Part shown: positions 59,901 through 64,000 of the stretch, piece after piece | Numbering within the stretch: the stretch's first letter is position 1 | Layout: each line of letters starts with the position of its first letter | Origin: Macrostomum lignano | Lineage: Eukaryota | DNA length: 64,000 nt | Reading direction: 5' to 3' | Assembly (NCBI GenBank): GCA_002269645.1 | Contig: NIVC01000173.1 | Location: 372,001 to 436,000, forward strand | Program-made: the position numbers and the translations under genes | The notes under the pieces: model-generated | What the model was told of the DNA's origin: nothing | Database searches by the model: none | What the model saw: the letters and a program-made list of their open reading frames with translations, nothing else

Positions 59901-60591
59901 AGTTCTTCTCGGAGATCGCCGAACTGGCATTTATTGGCCTGACGCTTCAGAATTTCAACGAAGGTAGAAATCGACTCGCCCTCCTTCTGCACCATTGAAT
60001 GAAGCACATGCCTCTCGTAGTGAAGTAACGTTTTGGGCTTGAAGTGTGCCGTTAGCGATGTCTGAATATTTTCGTAAGTCACCTCATCCTTAGCGATGTC
60101 TTTTGGCTTTAAAAGCTCCTCTATTAGAGTGAAAGCTGCGTCTCCGCACGTTGCCAAAAGTACAGCTTTGGATTGTTCCCGCTTGCCTGAAGCCACCAGG
60201 TAAAACTGCAGTCTCTTGAAGTACTGCTCGATCTCAGGATAAGAAAGCGGTAGTTCTCCGAGTCGGAAATCTAGCGACGACTGAGCCATTGAAATTGCTG
60301 GTCTGAAGTAGTCAGTATTATACCACTTGCTCAAGACCTCCAGCGTGTTTACCTCGTCGCCATGTTACGTTTTGAATAACGCGAAGGCGGTAAAACTTTT
60401 GGGAAGTTAGAAGTTGAAGTGTCTTACCGGTAGCGCGCTTGTAGCTTGTTTTTATTTAAACGAAAGTATCGAGACTTGAAGCGAATAAATGTGTACAGTC
60501 AAACTTAATCCCTATGAACCATAGACTAATATCTAAATCAAAAGTCCGTCTATGAATGACTATAATTAGTTAGCAAAGCAAATACACAACA
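56970..60591 (-). mobile_element. Second Mag-like Gypsy element, 3'-truncated within integrase
   Basis: 5' LTR at 60591-60363 (TGTTGTG...TAACA); PBS TGGCGACGAGG; gag 60334-59684; two CCHC knuckles, DTG protease, YQDD RT, RH, IN HHCC and DDE ending at VERAIEEFK. No PPT or 3' LTR. Confidence 0.93.
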
Positions 60592-60649
60592 TGTATTTTG
60601 TAATTCATTGTTCAATGCATATTGTTTATCGACTATGATTGCACCGATT

Positions 60650-61169
60650 CCGATTCCATCGCTCAATGACAGCCGCCTTCTGCTCGCTGTTAGTTGGGAA
60701 AGCCAGAATCCCTCTGTCAATGCAGTATTGACTGAAAGTGGAGTTGATAAATTCCTTCCCCTGATCTGTGCGAACTGTGCGTGGCTGTCGCTTTGAACTT
60801 CTCAGTATGCTCTCGAAAGCTGACTTCACTTCCGTAGCAGTTTTATTTTTCAATGCCTTGGCCCAAGCACATTTTGAGAGCACGTCAATGCACGTGAGAA
60901 TATATTTTTAGCCTTTATTATGCTTTGCGAATGGAATCATTTCCACGAAGTCAAGTTCCCACTGATCATCGATTCCGCGCACTATGATTGGAGCCCTTGG
61001 ATATCGCCTCCTAGCTGGCTTGTGCAGTGTGCACTGGCTGCTCGCTGAGTCACTGCTCAATTCTCTTTGCAGATATTCGATCACCTCTTTGCCTCACTTC
61101 ATGCAGCAACTTTGAGCCACAAGAAAAACTAGCCGGTTGCTCAGGTTTCAAGTAAATTTTCTCCATCAT
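60650..61169 (-). mobile_element. Polinton/Maverick-type retroviral-like integrase remnant
   Basis: MEKIYLKPEQPASFS...TLHKPARRRYPRAPIIVRGIDDQWELDFVEM...YILTCIDVLSKCAWAKALKNKT...RTDQGKEF...KAAVIERWNR is the Polinton c-integrase signature; stops and frameshifts. Confidence 0.85.
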
Positions 61170-61496
61170 GGTTTTATCGAGATATGTGCCTGTCCACCTG
61201 CTCTATAGTTTGCACAATATTTTTTCTTAAGTAGAAATTGATATTCCAATTAAACGATAGAGAAACGAGTGGCAAATTAATTAATTGACTGTCAAATGGA
61301 AACCTCTAACATCGCAACAGTCGGTGTATTTTCCAAAAGCAAACAATTCCATAAAAACGAACACTAAAACACTCGCACGCCAGCATTTCAGAAATAGCAG
61401 AGATAAATAACAGCATAGTGCCGTCAGATATAGGCTGGATAATCATGTGCAAGCTAAAAGTAATTTAGTCCAATGCATTCAAAGCATTCTAGCTGT

Positions 61497-61860
61497 TCAG
61501 TTGTCAAAGCGAACATTGGGCAGCCTCATCGCGTCCTGCCGACGAAGTTGAAATGGCAGCTTTCGCTTCCTGCTGCTGCTGCTCACCGTCGAAGCCGCTG
61601 CATGCGCCCTGAACTGATACCACACCGGATCTTCCTCAAGGTTGGTGTCCCGCTGCGGAAGCAGTCCAGCATCAGAATCAACCGAAGGTATCGGTGTGGA
61701 TGTGATAGGCTCAGTCACGATGCGTGGCCTTGTGCATGGGCTAGCTAACAGCCTCGTCATCAGCATGCTCTCCGCCCTCATCAGTCTCCATTATGGGCTT
61801 CGTGTCCTGGTCAGCCTCCAACTTGAGCTTCTTGTCCTCTTCCAATATTTATTTCATTAT
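61497..61860 (-). other. Acidic/low-complexity ORF remnant upstream of the Polinton integrase, probably part of the same element
   Basis: Coding-like composition, same strand, adjacent to the integrase; no recognised domain. Confidence 0.35.
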
Positions 61861-62039
61861 TTCATTATTTCAATTCGCAAAAATTATTTCAAAACACATA
61901 GATTAACATCATTCAGCTAAGCTAACCCACCCCATCTTTTCTCTGCACTGTTAACCATCCCCAGTGCAAAGAGATAGGCCGCCTCTCCTCCTATCCCAAT
62001 GCATTACCCCCTTCTCTTATCTTCGCCCTGTCGGTCGTG

Positions 62040-62900
62040 TTCTGCTAACCCCAATGCACAGAGATAGAGCTCATATCTCCGCAGTGCTTAGCCGTCCCCA
62101 ATGTACAGAGATAGGGCTCATATCTCTGCAGTGCTTAGCCGTCCCCAATGCACAGAGATAGGGCTCATATCCATCTCTGCAGTGCTTAGCCGTCCCCAAT
62201 GCACAGAGATAGGGCTCATATCTCCGCAGTGCTTAGCCGTCCCCAATGTACAGAGATAGGGCTCATATCTCTGCAGTGCTTAGCCGTCCCCAATGTACAG
62301 AGATAGGGCTCATATCTCTGCAGTGCTTAGCCGTCCCCAATGCACAGAGATAGGGCTCAAATCTCTGCAGTGCTTAGCCGTCCCCAATGCACAGAGATAG
62401 GGCTCATATCTCTGCAGTGCTTAGCCGTCCCCAATGTACAGAGATAGGGCTCATATCTCTGCAGTGCTTTAAGCCGTCTCCAATGTACAGAGATAGGGCT
62501 CATATCTCCGCAGTGCTTAGCCGTCCCCAATGTACAGAGATAGGGCTCATATCTCTGCAGTGCTTTAAGCCGTCCCCAATGTACAGAGATAGGGCTCATA
62601 TCTCTGCAGTGCTTAGCCGTCCCCAATGCACAGAGATAGGGCTCATATCTCTGCAGTGCTTTAAGCCGTCCCCAATGTACAGAGATAGGGCTCATATCTC
62701 TGCAGTGCTTAGCCGTCCCCAATGTACAGAGATAGGGCTCATATCCATCTCTGCAGTGCTTAGCCGTCCCCAATGCACGGAGATAGGGCTCATATCCATC
62801 TCTGCAGTGCTTAGCCGTCCCCAATGCACAGAGATAGGGCTCATATCCATCTCTGCAGTGCTTAGCCGTCCCCAATGCACAGAGATAGGGCTCATATCTC
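62040..62900 (+). repeat. 47-bp hairpin-forming minisatellite (CCCCAATGYACAGAGATAGGGCTCATATCTCTGCAGTGCTTAGCCGT)n
   Basis: About 18 units, each with the inverted pair CAGAGATA/TATCTCTG around a 7-nt loop. Confidence 0.95.
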
Positions 62901-63444
62901 CGCAGTGTATTTTTCCTTATTTATCCGCAGTGTACATTTGCATTGCCGCCTATCTGGCCAGTGCTAGTGCGGCAGTATCATAACTTAAATTGCGATTGAT
63001 AAAGCTTCTCTTGCTAAAATATCAGGTGACAAGAGGGATTGGCGACATTCAAAGCTAGCTTGAGCATACAGCAGTGTGTATGCCCATCAACTGAGGATTT
63101 GATGGGATTTGACACTATACTCTTAGAATAGCTTGAAGAGCCAGAAAAAGAATTCAGCTCATAGCTGCAGGCCAGATGAGAAAGGAGCAAAGGGAGAGAG
63201 GTAAGACAACTGAGAAAAGACACAAACCTTGAGCTGTTCGGATTGCTATTGTGAAGTTTCAAAGGACCCGAGGGCCGGATAGAGAGGCTTTACGGGGGCC
63301 AGAGTTTGCGCTTAGCCCTGCTATACACTTATATTTTGGTCAAAAATCGCTTCAAAACGTTGAAGTTCTGTGCATAATCAGCTCATTCTGATGGCTTGTG
63401 CAGCGAACGAGATTTCGTAAGAAGAAAATCACAGAGAGTCTCAC

Positions 63445-64000
63445 CAGCGTGAAAATCTTATTAATCCAAGCGGACTCCTTCACGCCTAGCGAGATCACCA
63501 CAGTCAGCAGCAGGATGATGCCCAGCGCGAAGAAGTCCGGATACTCGGCGATGCCCTGCAGCGACATTGGCATGCTGGCCCTGAACGCGCCGATCACTTT
63601 GCCGCCGACTAAGCTGTCGAAGTTTTGCGACCAGGCGCGAGCTACGCTAGCAGTGCCGATCACGTACTCAAGGATGAGATTCCAGCCGATGACGAACGCC
63701 ATCAGCTCGCCAACTGACACGTAGCTGTACACGTAGGCCGAACCGGATTTCGGGACTCGAGCTCCGAATTCGGCGTAGCACAGGCCGGCCAACACCGACG
63801 CGGCGGCGGCGATCAGGAACGACACAACCACGGCCGGTCCCGTCGTTTTCTGTGCAACCTCGCCGGCAATCACGTAGACACCGGCGCCCAGGGTTGATCC
63901 GACGCCGAGAGCGACAAGATCTACGGTGGCCAGACAGCGGGCCAGCTTTGTGTCCTCCAGGTGCGCCTCGTCCAGGGTTTTCTTGCGAGTTAGTATACTC
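63445..64000 (-). CDS. SLC7/CAT transporter, N-terminal exon (start lies beyond the window)
   Basis: [31 protein letters not shown]...[12 protein letters not shown]...[21 protein letters not shown]; CTG|gtgaga donor. Confidence 0.96.

Larger units (their letters stand above)
49617..62985. mobile_element. Candidate large TIR-bounded composite element enclosing nested TEs
   Basis: 53-bp inverted repeats at 49617-49669 and 62933-62985 with 3 mismatches; a third copy at 50751 is followed by the same subterminal 47-bp unit. Confidence 0.45.

Overview
A 64-kb window of animal genomic DNA with spliceosomal introns, GC-rich exons and AT-rich spacers full of mini- and microsatellites. The style suggests a free-living flatworm such as Macrostomum; that assignment is inference only. 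Host genes reconstructed: the last exon of a coiled-coil protein (+); a complete 3-exon SUCO/SUN-domain ER membrane protein (-, 8465->3430); a single-exon secreted prepropeptide (+, 29052-29300); two tandem C-type lectin/PAN-like genes (+); a 6-exon multi-RRM nucleolin-like gene (+, 40688-45922); and a 4-exon cationic amino-acid transporter (SLC7/CAT family, -, runs off the right end) with a 13.8-kb TE-filled intron. Mobile DNA: one young full-length Mag-type Gypsy (near-identical LTRs, 5-bp TSD), a second 3'-truncated Gypsy, two head-to-tail pairs of RNase H-bearing (Ingi/I-like) LINEs, two RTE-like fragments, a Polinton integrase remnant, tRNA-derived SINEs (three CORE-type copies plus another family), a hAT-like MITE and a 1.5-kb TIR element. 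Best leads: (i) an unassigned furin-processed, disulfide-looped cationic peptide gene; (ii) a decayed minus-strand cluster with PWWP, BEN-like and possibly tyrosine-recombinase-like modules, split by the Gypsy; (iii) 53-bp inverted termini enclosing a 13.4-kb nest of TEs; (iv) lectin paralogs that differ almost only in the ligand-binding loop; (v) intronic minisatellites built from splice-signal motifs. Several isolated 1-bp indels may be assembly errors.
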